64,000 nucleotides of DNA from a phage, in sequence record PZ212788.1. One strand, written 5' to 3'. Below the pieces are notes generated by a model that was not told the origin of the DNA, did no database searches, and saw only the letters and a list, made by a program, of their open reading frames with translations. This document shows positions 63,535 to 64,000 of the stretch, piece after piece. How positions within the stretch are numbered: position 1 is the stretch's first letter; every line of letters starts with the position of its first letter. Position numbers and translations under genes: made by a program.

Positions 63535-63553
63535 GGCGGGAAAACTTCCCGCC
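63535..63553 (+). promoter_or_regulatory. 5'-terminal mRNA stem-loop
   Basis: GGCGGGAA-AAC-TTCCCGCC; same 8-bp arms as the hairpin at 60991. Confidence 0.5.
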
Positions 63554-63581
63554 ACTAACAAAGAAAATAGGAGAAAATATC

Positions 63582-64000
63582 ATGACCACCGTTAACATTA
63601 CTACAGGTTACAATTTATCTTTCGACGTGCTGACCGACGAACAAAAAGAAAAAGCCGTTGAAATGGTCCGCGAAAGAGAAGAACACAGCGGGGATAATTT
63701 TTTTGCAGAAAGTGTAATTGAATACTATAAAGAATATGTTTTTCCAGAGTATGGCCTTGAAGATACCGAAGTACATTGGTCAGGCTTTTGGTGCCAGGGT
63801 GACGGCGCGTCAATCAGTGCGGAAAACGTGGATTTAGAAAAATTCTTGCGTAAAGTAAAGGCCCTGACCAAGTTCCGATCAATTCGTCACTTGTTCGGCA
63901 CAATGCACGATGGCGAGCTATCCGCAAGTGTTGAGCGTGATCCATATAGCCGCTATAGTCACGAAAACACTGTAAGCGGGTACATCGATACTACATGGCT
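63582..64000 (+). CDS. Hypothetical early protein, N-terminal 139 codons (3' end outside window)
   Basis: RBS AGGAGAAAA; no stop to window edge; motif VHWSGFWCQGDGASIS, family not recognised. Confidence 0.45.
   Translation, partial: MTTVNITTGYNLSFDVLTDEQKEKAVEMVREREEHSGDNFFAESVIEYYKEYVFPEYGLEDTEVHWSGFWCQGDGASISAENVDLEKFLRKVKALTKFRSIRHLFGTMHDGELSASVERDPYSRYSHENTVSGYIDTTW

Noticed and set aside
1-64000. tRNA genes
   Set aside because: Intergenic regions were scanned by eye for the GTTCGAATCC-type T-loop and cloverleaf arms and none was found; a dedicated tRNA scan was not possible.

Overview
This window reads as part of a large virulent tailed phage of a Gram-negative host; no integrase, repressor, tRNA or CRISPR array was seen. 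Three blocks are visible. (1) 1-26335, plus strand: a tail fiber and baseplate module with a 1270-aa long tail fiber carrying a C-terminal self-cleaving chaperone domain, a lambda J-like central fiber, a baseplate J-like protein, two paralogous receptor-binding fiber genes with a Tfa-type chaperone, a further fiber and an 1875-aa giant protein. (2) 26383-33085, minus strand: an accessory block bounded by a bidirectional terminator and divergent sigma70-type promoters, encoding a HAD-type phosphatase, a vWA/metallopeptidase-like protein, an HNH-like protein and small proteins. (3) 33228-64000, plus strand: early and replication genes, including an AAA+ ATPase, a SleB-like wall hydrolase, rIIA, rIIB, a Dda-like helicase, a T7 gp4-like primase-helicase, an HNH-AP2 homing endonuclease, a T7 gp5-like DNA polymerase and a Macro-like protein. 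These are followed by many small genes behind near-consensus sigma70 promoters and a roughly 1.1-kb repeat-rich noncoding region. The most notable observations are an in-frame TAG splitting rIIB, a repeated palindrome-promoter element, a family of small paralogous early genes, and Fur-box-like motifs in the noncoding region. All functional calls rest on motif recognition and recalled reference sequences, not database searches.
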